Shown: positions 12,825-25,891 of the stretch, one piece after another
Numbering within the stretch: position 1 is the first letter of the stretch
Layout of the letters: each line of letters opens with the position of its first letter
The notes under the pieces: generated by a model
What the model saw: the letters and a program-made list of their open reading frames with translations, nothing else
Told to the model about the DNA's origin: nothing
Databases searched by the model: none
Made by a program: the position numbers and the translations under genes
NCBI RefSeq assembly: GCF_018977255.1
Contig: NW_024704742.1
Span: 58,530,001 to 58,594,000, forward strand
Direction of reading: 5' to 3'
From: Callorhinchus milii
Lineage: Eukaryota
DNA: 64,000 nt

Positions 12825-15082
12825 CATCACACAATAATAATGAGAACACCAGGATGATTGCAAGACAGAGAGATGGGTGGGGGAGGATTCAGTTAATGTT
12901 TTCAAACACTTGAGTTTTGATTTCTCAGTTGATGGCCTAATCTAACCTCTCCTCCCAGTAATGATATTACTGACATGTAGTCACTCTCCCAGCTCTGTCA
13001 TCTGCCCAGAATTATTCATCTGAGGGAGTGGAATGGGAAAAACAGATAATTTTGAATGAATAAGCAATAACAGTCCATAGATGGTTGTAGGAGTGGGAAT
13101 TAGGAGTGATGGAGGTTTCATGTGGAGCATAAACTCACACACACACTCACACGCATACATGGATTTGTTCGGGCAAAATGGCCTGTTTAGGTGCTATAAC
13201 TTTCTAGGTAATACTGTGTCACATAGCTTCATAACAAAGCTGAAGAATTCCACCCATTGCAGATATGAGCACTTGTTTTCTACCTTTGGCGAAAACTAAA
13301 GTCAAATAACATTAGGATTATTTTTCCCATGAACACTACTGACCCATCATTGTCCCTCCTCTACTTTTATGATGCTCTGGGATCTGTTGCCGTTCTCCCT
13401 GCCCCTCATTCATACAAAAGGTGTATTTTGTGATTTTATTAATTTGTTTGGTTATATGTCAAGTACTGATGAAATATAATTGCTTTCTATGTGGTTTTCC
13501 TCATTCTTTAAAGGTAATTGATCGATCGCATACAACAGGCAAAACATTGGATATTGAACCTTTAAGAACTTCTCACTTGTGAGCATCTCACAACACACAT
13601 GATCTCCTATAGCCTAGGGTTGCTGTGAGACCTTGCTCTGGATTCCCTCAGTTTGTTTGATGGTGGGAGTAGAAGAGAGCACATTAATAAGAATGCTCCA
13701 CAAGTTCAGAGAGATCAGGTGAGCATGCGATGGGACCTTTATATGTGGGTAATAGACTGCACTCAAAAATGAAGAAACCCATGGTGAAGGTCACACTCTC
13801 AGAAAGAGGCCATTCAGCCCACTGAGTCTGTGCTGGTGCTAGCTCCCACTTACATCTCCTACTTGCAAAGAAATTGACTCAATAATAGTGATTAGAAATA
13901 GTCAATTGACTAGAAATAGTGCAATAACTGAGCTCCATCGAAAGGACACACCCAAAACACTGACCTATCTCTCCTTCAGATGTTGTTTGAATTGCTGTAC
14001 ATGTACAGTATTTTCTGTTTTATTTCAGACTTCCAGACGTCAGTTTTTCCTTTTGTCTCAATGATTCCCTGACTCAATTTGAAGTCCGCCCCATTCAGAA
14101 GCATAAAGCATTTATCGTCTTCAGAGGACATACAGGCACAAGTGTCTTGTAAAAGCCTGTCTTCTCCATGTGGAACATTGTCCAGTCCGAGAGACCAAAC
14201 AAAACCAGAAATTGCCAGTAGCACAGTACAAAAAGCGTTTGCCTCAGTTCACAACCACAGAATTCTAGAAGGATTTATCTTGCCATGGGATGCTTCATTT
14301 AAAGCTCTGTTCCCAAATGAAACAAGCAAATAACACCTGGATTGGCATCAATCCTTGATTCTGTTTATACAGAAGGCTTACAACTACAAATATCAAATAA
14401 TGAGTATTTTCTCTCCCAATTGGAATAACAGGAAATCTGGTACAAATAAAACTTTTACAATTTTAGACAAGAAGCTCAGAGAAAGTCCTGTCCAAATGGA
14501 AAACCAAAAAAAGAGAAATCAAATTCACTTTGTCTTCTGCATTGAGAGATAAGAGCAAGAACTAAATTGGCCTGGACAAATGAAAGGTATAAGCTTCTAG
14601 GCATCTGTCACAAACATGATTACCATAACTACTCTTTAAAGGAGGGCGATAAGGTTGTGTGGGAAGTATCACAACTGAACAAACAAGGTGACAGACCTTG
14701 AAAGGACAAAGACAACAAATAAACTGCTGAAATAACAGAAACACAAGGGTGAATCTTTCCCACATTCTTTTTAAGAGCAGCATTTTTCTTGATTCTACCA
14801 ACTAGAAAAAGGACATTTTTTGGTGAAAAGACAGAGCCAAGCTAAACAGAGATTGAGTTGAATTGTGCTCTGCTGTATTTGACCTTCCAGCTGCACAACA
14901 ATAGGCCTTTCCTATAGAGGATAATTGCAGTCAGTTGATATTCGCTGCACTAGGTCGGAATACCCAATTTTCCTTAATCAGTAGGGAGTTACAAGGATCA
15001 TTGTTGTCCTCTCCAAACAGACCTTCTTATGGATAATCTTGCGGTTGAAAAAACAAGAGAACGTATTCAAGTTTTATCCATC

Positions 15083-17030
15083 AACACAACAACAACAACA
15101 AGATTGCATTTATAGAGCGCCTTTCACGTCGGGAGGACGTCCCAAGGCGCTGGACAGTTGGGTCAGGACCGGAGCAGGGGGGAAATGGTCAGGGTGAGGG
15201 CAGGGAAGAGAGGGAGCGAGGATGGGGTAGAGAGTCGAGAGGGGAGCTGAAGGCACGGTCAAGGAGAAAGGTATGGAGACCGGCCTTGAAGGAGGAAAGG
15301 GAGGAGGCAAGGGCAAGGCACTGGGGGATGGAGTTCCAGAGCCGAGGGGCTGAGAGGCTGAAGGCCCGGCCACCAATGGTAGGGCGGTTGGTGCGGGAGA
15401 TGTGGAGCAGACCGGAGCCAGAGGAACGGAGGGTACGGGCAGGTAAGTAGGGGGATAGTAGGTCGGAGAGGTAGGAGGGAGCAAGGCCATGAATGGCCTT
15501 GTAGGTGAGGATGAGGATCTTGAATTCGATCCTCTGGGGGATGGGGAGCCAGTGGAGGCGAGCGAGGGTGGGAGTGATGTGGTCCCGAAGCCTGGTGCGG
15601 GACAGCACACGAGCTGCAGAGTTCTGAATGACCTGCAGCTTGTGGAGGGAGGTGCCAGGAAGGCCGACGAGGAGAGAGTTCCCGTAGTCCAGCCTTGAGG
15701 TGATAAAGGCGTGGACCAGAGTTTCAGCAGCGTGAGGGGTGAGGTAGTGCCATAGTCTGGCGATATTTCGGAGGTGATGGAAGGCGGTGCCAGTTGTGGC
15801 GCAGATATGAGGAAGAAAGGACAACTCAGGGTCAAACAGAACACCGAGGTTCCTGATTGGCTTTGAGAGGTGGAGAGTGCAGCCTTGGATGCTGATGCTC
15901 TCAGCGCCTGAGTTGCGGAGGCGCTGACGCGAGCCAATCAGGAGGGCCTCAGTTTTGCGCACATTGAGCTGAAGAAAGTTGTCTCTCTTCCAGGACTCGA
16001 TGTCGGACAGGCAGCTGTCAGGACATCGGTGGTCGTGGAGTTGAGGGTAGAGGAGGAGAGGTAGAGTTGGGTGTCATCCGCATACATGTGGAAGTTAACC
16101 GCATGTCTGTGGATGACATCACCAAAGGGGAGCATATAGAGGGTGAAGAGGAGGGGACCGAGGACAGAGCCCTGAGGGACACCGCGTGAGACAGTGCGGG
16201 GGCTGGAGGAAAAGCCGTTTGTGGAAACAAAATGGACAGGGCCTAAACCTAAACCTAAACCACTCAAGGACAGGGCCTTGAAGGTTGAGGTGGGAGGACA
16301 AGCGGTGGAGGAGGATAGCGTGGTCGACCGTATCGAATGCTGCCGATAGATCGAGGAGGACGAGGAGGTAGAGGGAGCCCTGGTTGCAGATGGTCAATAT
16401 GTCATTGGTGACCTTGACCAAGGCAGTTTCCGTGCTATGGGCAGCACGGAAACCCGACTGAAGGGTTTCGAATAATGCATGGTGGAGAGGAAAGAGCACA
16501 GCTGGGAGGCGACAACTCTTTCAAGGACCTTGGACAGGAAGGGGAGTGACCGCGGAGCGGATTCCCTTGATTTTGGATTCAGGGAAATCCAGCATCTCCT
16601 CGCAGTGAAGTTTGGAGGAGATGATCTGCATGGGGTGGCGGGGGGGACGAAGGAGTCGAGATGTGGCAGAAAACAGAAACCTGGGGTTGTTCTTCGCCTC
16701 CAGGATTATCCTGGAGTAGAAGGACGACTTGGCCGAGGCTAGAGTGGAGCAGTAGATTTTGAGGAGGTCCAGCCAGATTTGTCAATGGACCGTTAGGCCA
16801 GATTTGAGGCAGGTGCGTTCAGCGGCCCGCACCTGGCTCTTCAGTGAGCGGAGGTGGGTGGTGAACCAGGGGGAGGAGCGAGAGTAGGAGACAGTACGGG
16901 AGGTGATGGGGGCAAGAGCATCGAGTGTGGAGGAGAGGGTGTTGTGGAGGAGGGTGAGAGCAGAAGAGGAGTCAGTGAGGGTTGAAGGCCAGAGGGAGGA
17001 GTCAGTGAGGGTTGAAAGGCCACTCCATTG
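15083..17030 (-). mobile_element. L2-clade LINE, 5'-truncated, frameshifted and internally deleted reverse transcriptase
   Basis: RT motifs [29 protein letters not shown] and YADDTQLY fall in different frames. The L2 C-terminus (HITPTLARLHWLPIPQRIEFKIL) is followed by a 3' tail ending in (GTT)n at 15083-15100. Confidence 0.93.
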
Positions 17031-19278
17031 TCTTGATTTTTGTGGCAATATCTTGGCAACCTCTTGACTTGGAAGTCTGATATGAGACCAATCTATTTTG
17101 GTAACCCAAATTAATGTCCTTTGCTTGTCATGGAACTTCTTGTGCTCATTCAGGGAATCAACTGGTATGGAGGGAATCTAAGAATTGTTGAACACAATGG
17201 GATAGTAAGTGTCTAGTGTCACTATTGCAAAATATGCAGGGTCTCTGCACAGGGAATAGGATCAAGTCCCTCCCTGTTCAGGTGTTAATGCCTCAGTCTC
17301 ACGGATTGCCCTTGCATCTATTTCCCAATTAGAACGATTGCATTGCTCATAGTTCCAACCTGTTGATGTGCCAGTTTGTGTCAGAAGTGTTGGAGAAACC
17401 CAAACAGGACTATTCTGTACTGGAATCTTTCAATGAAAACATTTTTATCCCTTCAGAAAATGGTTTGCCTTTGAAGTCACTTTCTTCACTACTTAGATAA
17501 TGTGCTGCAAAATCACCATCTTGAATGTCCTTGTCAATGGATCATTTTAATCCTCTTGTGTCTACTATGGGTTGCAAATATCCTATCTTTTTAGTGACAA
17601 TGAATAACAAAAGTGTCATTTTTTGACCTATTGCTCAATGGTGAATTGCAATAGAGGACATTTTCTTTATCTCTGAAGACAAAACCTTTTGACAGAGCAC
17701 TTCCTAATTGCCTTGAGGAAAGTTGTTTCTTGAACTACTCACAGCTTCAGTGACAGTGAAAGGAATAACCCTCTCAACTATGTATTCCCCATGGGAAAGT
17801 GCCACTTGTCTGCAATGTATCAGATTCTATACCTCAGTGACAAATCTGACAATCATATCACAGAAAAAGTGACTCAGAATCACTGCTGGGTCCATCCAAA
17901 TGAAGCACCAACCAGTGGGATGAGCTTCCTTCTGGTTCTCTGTTGTTCTATCTACCTGGGCTTAAATCTCATTGAATCGAACTTATTTTTTCCTCTAAAG
18001 GTGAATAGCTATTTGAATGGCTGTCCAAGCACCTTAGAGGCCATACATATGATGGCTTAATGGTTATAATAGTAATTTATAAGAAACCTTCAACGTCTCC
18101 TCAACTTATTCCCAAAGAATTTTTTACCTTTAAACTGCAATTCTGGAAGTTTATTTTGTGACTAGCTGAGTGGTAGCTGATTTTTTAAAAAAATCAGAAG
18201 GTAAACAATTTCTTAATCTGTATGCATTCCTATGCACAAACTATATTCCTACTGTTGAAATTGTTCTCCCCCAACAAGTGGGAGGGGTGGTGTGAAGGAC
18301 AACTCCATCCACTGTGACCAGCCTTGAGGCTGCCACATTAGATAATGGGTGTCAATATTTCTCCTCTTATGATCATGGCCATTCGTGAATTTTTTTCTAC
18401 TACTATCTAAGTAGAAGTGCACATAAAACATACTTTTTCTTTCTGGATGTATAAAGACTAGATATGTAACATGAAATGAAACATTGGAATGGGACAATGG
18501 ATAAAAAATGCTGACAGTCCGAATTTTGAGGAATCTAAAATCAGATTATGTTAAATTCAAATGTTCTACTGTGAAAACATGAAGGCAGAGGACCCTACAC
18601 ACATTGTCAACATGTTAGAGGGAGACATTCTACCTGATTGTGAAAAAAATGGCCAGAAGTCTAGGCTGATACTGAGAATGAACTGACCTGGCATTCATTG
18701 TGTGTTTTGGAAATGACTAGATGTGGGGGAGAAGGTATTGAGAGAAAAAAAAGATGATTTTCTGGAGTAGTATTACCTGTCTGAGGGGTGGAGAAACACA
18801 TTAGGTCAAATCTAATAAATGGACGAAATCTCAAACAAAATGGTCAATTCTATAAATAGATCCAAGGATTCTGTCTGTGACCCCTGTTAAATTGATAATT
18901 ATATATCATTTTAATCTACATTTGTATTTAAAACTACTTGGAAACTTTCATTTTACAATAAGGAATAAGAGTGGGTGAATCAGATTTAGTCATATGTTTT
19001 TTGAGAAAATTTCTCAGAAGCTTACCCATGAGGTTTAAACCCTGCTAACCTCCAATTTTAAATTAAAATTTCACTGATCACGCATGTGCACCTTTTATAC
19101 GTCTGTCCATAAACTATTGAATAATATGTATTTGTGGGGAATGGGAATATTGAGTCACAAGCATGCCCACTATAAGTTATCTAACTAGAATATCTCAGCC
19201 ATTGCTGTACTTCCATTGCATTTCTGCCAGGACACTCCCTGACCTCCCTGGAACCCCTACAATTCTGCTCTGCTGTAC

Positions 19279-19473
19279 CTTGCTCACACATTTCTCCCTT
19301 GTAGCCCGAGTTGCAGACACAGGAGCCCATAATGCAGATGCCATGTCCTCTGCACTGAGGGTCGATGCATTGGGTTGAGGGCACGTCACACTCCATTGCC
19401 TTCCATCCACTGTAACAAAGGCAGCGTCCTTTGGAGTACTGTCCATTGCCATTACATAGGACAGGACAGGCTG
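19279..19473 (-). CDS. TENM3: Teneurin-3 internal exon (195 bp): EGF repeats 2 and 3
   Basis: Acceptor ttgtgcag at 19474 and donor G|gtacag at 19278. Encodes (A)[64 protein letters not shown]. Confidence 0.95.
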
Positions 19474-19899
19474 CTGCACAACAGAAAGAAAGAGAAAGAC
19501 ATGAGAACTGGGGATAGAAGAGAACTCAAGCGGTGAGGTGCTCAAAAAGATTTTAAAAACCTTTTATCATCAAACCTCATCAATACGCTTTTCAGTATTT
19601 CTAAGAAATATAAATGCTCTGATCCTCGAATATGAAGATTTTATCCATCAGGCTCTTCAGATGTAAAGGTTTTCAAAGAGACTGTGGCAGACTCATCGTG
19701 GGCTGCCCCGCTGGGTACTGTGGTCGCCACTGGCAACGACTAAGACCGTCTGTTCTTTGCTATTATAGACGTGCTCCGCTATGCACGTCTCTTATATTAA
19801 TAACAAACAAAAGGTTAGGATTTCTAAGCTATAGAAATCCTTCCGCCCATACTCCAGCACCACCCTACTTTGGAGATGTAAGAAATACAATTCAAATAC

Positions 19900-20001
19900 C
19901 TCTCGCACAATCAGGTCCAAGGAATCCAGGAAAACAATGGCAAGTTCCAGAAATACATTCTCCGCTTCCATGGCAATTTCGAGGACACTCAACTGCAGAC
20001 T
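19900..20001 (-). CDS. TENM3: Teneurin-3 internal exon (102 bp): EGF repeat 1
   Basis: Not shown in the correct frame in the ORF track. Acceptor ccacacacag at 20002 and donor G|gtattt at 19899. Encodes (E)[33 protein letters not shown]. Confidence 0.95.
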
Positions 20002-20376
20002 CTGTGTGTGGACAGCAAAGCAAGCTCTCAATTAGTTTCCATGCATATTTCTTACCTTGTACAAGGCTATTGGTTATAACTGTTCTTTATTTGTAAGCTT
20101 TAGAGTGTCATGGGTGGCAACTCTGGATGATTTTTCCCTCCTGAGCACATGACTACTGAGAGCAATTGAGAATGACTGCCCTGATATACTGTACTTAGTA
20201 CAGGCTGGGGTCAAATGTGTGACCTTCTGACTCAGTTTCGCACTTTATCATCTGAGCCATCAGAGAGCCAGAACAATTCTTTATCATCCATCTGAACATT
20301 GTATTAGAGGTTCAAATTATCAGTAATTGTCTGAACCAGTTACTAATTAGTCATGTACATGAGTGACAACACTTAC

Positions 20377-20587
20377 CTATGACAATGGTATTGAAGGACA
20401 CTTGCTCAGCAGTTTTCCCATCATTGTAAAAGGCCAGGTGCCAGACTCCTGAATCCAGATACTGGATGAAACCGGCTTCTTGGAGGCTAACGGCCCTAAT
20501 GTGTCGGACTCTGTGGTCAGACTCAGCAAGGTTGCGCTTTTCTCTGGCTATCAATCTACTGCCATCGAGCAGCTCCACAAAGTCGTA
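20377..20587 (-). CDS. TENM3: Teneurin-3 internal exon (211 bp)
   Basis: Acceptor cctctcag at 20588 and donor G|gtaagt at 20376. Encodes [70 protein letters not shown](E). Confidence 0.96.
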
Positions 20588-23094
20588 CTGAGAGGTAAGG
20601 TACAATATACAATTAGATGTCAATTTGGCATCAAAAACACATTTTACATTCTGTCAAATGCTTGAAAGATGCAAATTTCCAGGACACGGGAAAAATAGGC
20701 TCTGCGGATTTAATTTACAATCCATGCATTTGCAAGACTGAAGAGCCCAGGAACACTACCCTACCCTGAAGGACATTATATAAATGCAAGCTGTTGTTGC
20801 TGTGTCTGTTACCACTTCCTGGTTTGTCAAATTAAAATAATAATCCTTATATTTCACGTGGATAATCGACTCAAAGCACGTCGTAGGATTCACTGTGAAT
20901 TGCACTTTTGTAGGGAAAATCATTGCTCCTAGATTTCCAAGTCAGCTGAGTCTGAAAATTGGTCCTGCCAGCAAAATAGGAAGTTGTCTCCCCTTCCCTC
21001 ACATACTCGAGTCCCCCTTCATCTTTCTACTTTCATAGCCTGCGAATTTCGTAAGGTGGAAGTTACAATTAACTAATGTCACAAATTAAACGACTGCTTC
21101 TGATCCTGAACTACAAGAGGCATTGCAATGTCTTCCCATGAATTATCAGACTGATGGTTTTACATGGACATTAAAAGTCTGCCAGTATCGGATCACCAGA
21201 GATTGATGATGGTTCAAGATTCAGATATGGATTAAACTTTTCAGAGTGTGAGATTATTTTTAGACTGATTCAGGTCAACGGTATAGTTGCATTTAAAATT
21301 ATATCTGACTGATTTCAAATCAGAGTCGCATAATAAGGGGTTGCATTATTGAACATAGCATGTAGCAGATGTTTCGAGTGGTTGCTGGGATGCCAAGACA
21401 CATGTTCTTGCATGCTATAAACCAGAAGTCAGATTGGGTCCACTGTGCAACCTCTTACTATTCAGACTACAGTAAACTGATATATCAGGGTAAATTACTT
21501 TTTTTTCCACACCTTTCATTGAAAAGACCTTGAATGCTGCTGAAATTAATGGGAGGGGAAAAACAATTTCACAAAAAAATGCATATTGCTTAAATGTGCA
21601 CAGATCTCAATTACATAGAAATGAGTTTGACATGGTCTTCCAGTAACGGGCCAGCATTCACTGATATGACCAACTGATTTATTGCTATCCATATTCAACA
21701 CTGTTCAGAAAATTCAATTTTCACACATTAGACTTAAACTTAATATTTCCAATAGTGCAGGTTGTGGAAACTTTTCGATCTTAAATGTAATATCACACTT
21801 AAACCTTCTCAATAGGACAATGTTGCAGGAATTAAAAACCGGGGACAGTAATATCCTTAGCATTCATTAGGATCGGAAGAAAAGATTGAAATAAAAAACA
21901 ACTATTTGACTTTCAATATGATAGGGGAAAAATAGGCAAATACAGTATCTCCAGTAGTGGGTGCTGGCACCAGCCCAGGTATTATGGGCCAAAAGACCTT
22001 CAATGCTAAAGACTTTTAGCACTGAAGCATCCTACCCATACCCACCACGCCCTCCACCTCACCCCTGAGCCGAACACCCTGCTTGGGTCCAAATCCCTGA
22101 CTGTCCAGTGCCTTGGAATGACCACCCAACCTGAAAGGCACTTTACAAATTTAATGGTTGTTGTTTCTACAAATGGGTGTCACCTATTCATTGCATACTA
22201 TAGTTCACTTTTTTTCCCTCCTTATATCCACAGCTTCCATTAAGAAGGTCTTGAATGTGACTCAAATGAATGGCTATGAGGAGTGGGGGGAAGAAATAAT
22301 TTCCCCAAAAATATGCATATAGATTCGTATCTCAATCTGAGTTTGGACTCGCCATTTAACAGATACAGAAATAAGCACTGTACTTTGTATCTACCACAGG
22401 ATAACAGAAGTGATGAAAGACAAGTGGAAAATTGCTACAAAGTACAGTAAATATTACTACAAAGAGTAAGACAAGTGAAGGTCTCAAAATGGGAACATAT
22501 GTGCCTGAAATAAACAAGATCTTTTGGATCATCAGAAGGAAAAGCATCATGAACATCACATAGCTTTGATCTTCATAGCCACTAAGAAATATATGGAGCA
22601 TCCCCATAATGGATAGAGTCACAGTGTGTGATACAAACATGACTGCATTGGGGACTTATCAGAATTACTTTAAACTGTCAATATCTTTTGTTTTTTTTAT
22701 TGCCAACAAAGCATTACATCGATCCTTTGGTTATACATAAACTGACATTCTCAGAAAGTGATGTGGACAGTTTCAAACATATATTGATTTATACTAAATA
22801 GGCCTTCATTGTCAGTTCTGTAGATTTATTCAACAGATTGATAGACAAACCCAGGCGAGAGGTGTTTGTATTTCAAGTGTTAAAGCTGTGTTGTCATTCC
22901 TTGGCAAAATTATGGTGAGGAATCTAAATGAACAGTGCAAGCTATTGCTTAGACAGTTATCAGGGTTGTTAAACAGCAGTTCCGACACATAACCATCATA
23001 AATCGATTTGCATTTATTCAAACACCGAGTTCTTTTTCCATTCATGTATAAAACCTTGCTCTTCTAGAAAGGTTTCATCATTTATTCGCGTTAC

Positions 23095-23690
23095 CAACAA
23101 CAGCTTGCATTTATATAGCTCCCTTCATGCAGATTAACGTCTTGGGAGAACTGTACAGTGGCAGGATTGGATGCTGAATAAGGGAGAAGTAAGAAGTGGC
23201 TATAGGCTTGGTCAAAGCGGTAAGTGTTAATGTGGGATTTGAAGACAAAGATAAGGCAGAGGGATTGAGGCAGGGAAAACCAGAGGTTAGAGGTGTAGTG
23301 GCTGCAGGCATAGCCATTGATGTTTGGGAGATGTGCATTAAGTCTGTGTCAACTGAGAAAAGGGGACAGGAAGAGGAGTAGGGTATGAGCAGATCAGAGA
23401 GATAAGAAGGATAGCCAGAGGAGAGGGGAATGATCAGGATAGAGAGGTAGGAAGGCGTTAGGGTGTGAAGGAATTTGTTTGTGAGGATGAGGATCTTGAA
23501 ATCAATTCTCTCAGAGACAGGGAACCAGTAGAGCCTGGAGAGAATAGGGGTGATGAGTATGCAAAGGTTGGTGAGGATGTGTATGGCAGAGTATTGGATA
23601 AGATGGACCTTGTGGATGGTGGAACTGGGAGACCAGTGAGGAGTGTGTTTGAAAAGTGGGAGATGACTTACAAGGTAGATTTAATAGATG
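23095..23690 (-). mobile_element. Degenerate L2 3' fragment
   Basis: Tail caacaacagcttgcatttatatagc and a body similar to the 15083 copy (gtgaggatgaggatcttgaaatcaat). Confidence 0.7.
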
Positions 23691-23694
23691 TGCT

Positions 23695-24082
23695 CAAGAT
23701 TTAATAGAGGTGTTCAAAATTACGAGGGGTTTTGATAGAGTAGATGGGGAGAAATTATTTTCACTTGCAGGTGGGTCAATAACCAGGGGACATAGTTTCA
23801 AGATAATTGACAAAAGAACCAGAGGGGAGACAAGGAGAAGAATTTTACACAGAGAGTTGTTAGGTCTGGAATGCACTGTCTGAAAGGGTTGTGGAAACAG
23901 ATTAAAATAACAACTTTCAAAAGGGAATTGGATAGGTACTTGAAGAGGAAAAATTTGCAAGGATACGGGGAAAGAGCATGGGAGTGGGACTGATTTGGTA
24001 GCTCTTCCAAAGATACGGCATAGACCACTATGGGCCGAATGGCATGCTTCTGTGATGTGATATTCTATAATTCTATGATTCA
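23695..24082 (+). mobile_element. CR1 LINE 3' end
   Basis: DLIEVFKITRGFDRVDGEKLFSLAGGSITRGHSFKI is a typical CR1 ORF2 C-terminus. It is followed by 3' UTR gggccgaatggc and an (attct)-type tail. Confidence 0.88.
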
Positions 24083-25169
24083 TTGATGGTATTGTCTCAC
24101 CATTCCTCTGTCAAAGCCTTTCTGTACAACTACTACTAGGTGATCTCTGAGAGTTGAGTGAGGTAATTTATCTCTTTTGATGTTTGATTACCTCCATTTG
24201 GTAAAGCATCTGAGCTGTGCTTATCAACCCCATATAATGACATAGTTGAAATTGGGAACTCAACATGTGGAAATTGTGCAATTGTGGTGTCATATCCTAC
24301 TGCTGTGTAGGAAAATGAATCGAGTGCCAAAAGTGTGTGTCCACAAACCCATTTCTGGCTTATATAACGCAGAATTGAATGCAGTATGAATTCAGACAAG
24401 TTTTTAGGCATGAGGCTATGGTGGGGTTAATTAACTTGTTAGTGATGAAAAATAGGTTGCTCACAATTGCTTTTTCTAAAATGTTAACTGTGCAACAAGG
24501 ATAAACAAGTTCCTGATCCATGGATACAATTCAGTGCAGCTCTCCGACAATACGTTATTTAAGAGCTCTCACAGGGATGAAATTCCAATGAATGTTTGCT
24601 CATTCATTCCCATTTTATGTACCAATAAAATATTATAATTACATTTATTGAGACTTGACTGCAATGCTGATGAATAAAAGGAGAATATAGTATTGCACAA
24701 TGGAAGATGCCTCTTGTCACATAGATCTGAGAAACCTGGCAAATTATATTCTTTTATTGCTACCTGAAGGTGATGCAGAAATGTTCTTACAGTCCTCAGG
24801 GGGTTAGAGTCTGCAAAACAAATACTTTGCAGAATCCAAAGCAGGGCTTTTAAAGAAACTACAATAAATATATTGTGCAGGGTGCCGAATGTCAATCAGT
24901 TCAGTAGAGTCAGTTTTTGAGAATTTCAAATAAAACCCAAAGTCAAACAATCAAATCCATTTCTACATGAAGCATACAGCGGGGAATATCAATGACAAAA
25001 GAAGAAAGCCAACCATATTTCACCACTGACTGCCAGGAATTGAAATGTGGTCCTTGTAAAGAGATAAACAATTTTCTGAGAGATCATTATGCACCGACTG
25101 GTATTTCACTGACTATGAGAAAATTCGTAACACTGACAAGTAATTTAATTAAACAGTAAAGCTACAAAA

Positions 25170-25670
25170 AGAGTTGTGGAAAGAGAGAGGGTAGAGAACA
25201 CTTGGAGATGTTATTTGTGACAAAGTGGAAATGTATGGGTGTGTGGTGAGTAGAGCAGATAGAACACATAGACGTGAAAGTGAATTGAGTGTTTTGAGGA
25301 GACACTGAACAAAACTCGAATGCAAAGAGGATGAGATGAGATCAGAAGGCAAACAAATGTAAAAGTGAGAAGAGTGGGAGAAGGTAGTTGACAGGAGTTA
25401 GAGGAGGGGTCGATAGACAATAAAAAAAGGTCTGAGGAGGGATAGACAAATAGGGAGCGTTGTCTAAGTAGGAATAAGTAGATAGTGAGAGGGATTAAGT
25501 AGACAGTGAGGAGCAAGTGATAACAATAGTGATATGAGGAGATAGTAGACAGATAGTGAATGGTCAGAGGAGTATCAGACAGATAGCAAGTGAGGGAAGT
25601 GGAACGGGGGTTGCGGGTTGAAGGAGACAGTAGACAGACAGCGAGAAGGGTCTGCCTAGACAGTAGACAG
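25170..25670. repeat. Purine-rich low-complexity tract / degenerate minisatellite (tagacagatagtgag-like units)
   Basis: Strong A/G skew on the plus strand with recurring gatagac, tagacag and gatagtga words. Confidence 0.7.
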
Positions 25671-25676
25671 CATTAC

Positions 25677-25891
25677 CTGGGTGTGTGAAGGAGGTAGCCC
25701 TTTTCTGCCATATATTCCAATCAGTGCATCCTTTGGAAGGGATATGTTGAACTTCAGAAACTGGGGCTTGTCAACAAAAAGTTGAGCTCTCCAAAAGATC
25801 CCAGGAGGCACTTCCTGGATAGCCCTGCGGCCCAAATCAACCTCACCGGTATCGATAGTGTTGTTTTCCTGATAGGTGAGGCCACCTTTTC
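25677..25891 (-). CDS. TENM3: Teneurin-3 internal exon (215 bp): extracellular Ig/C2-like region before the EGF repeats
   Basis: Acceptor ttttttag at 25892 and donor CAG|gtaatg at 25676. Encodes (G)[71 protein letters not shown]. Confidence 0.95.

Noticed and set aside
15110..15937. 275-aa Pro/Ser-rich ORF
   Set aside because: It is an alternative reading frame of the C-rich L2 element.
16244..16261. (TTTAGG)n as an interstitial telomere
   Set aside because: Only three units, not the vertebrate TTAGGG, and explained by slippage of L2 Trp-Phe-Arg codons.
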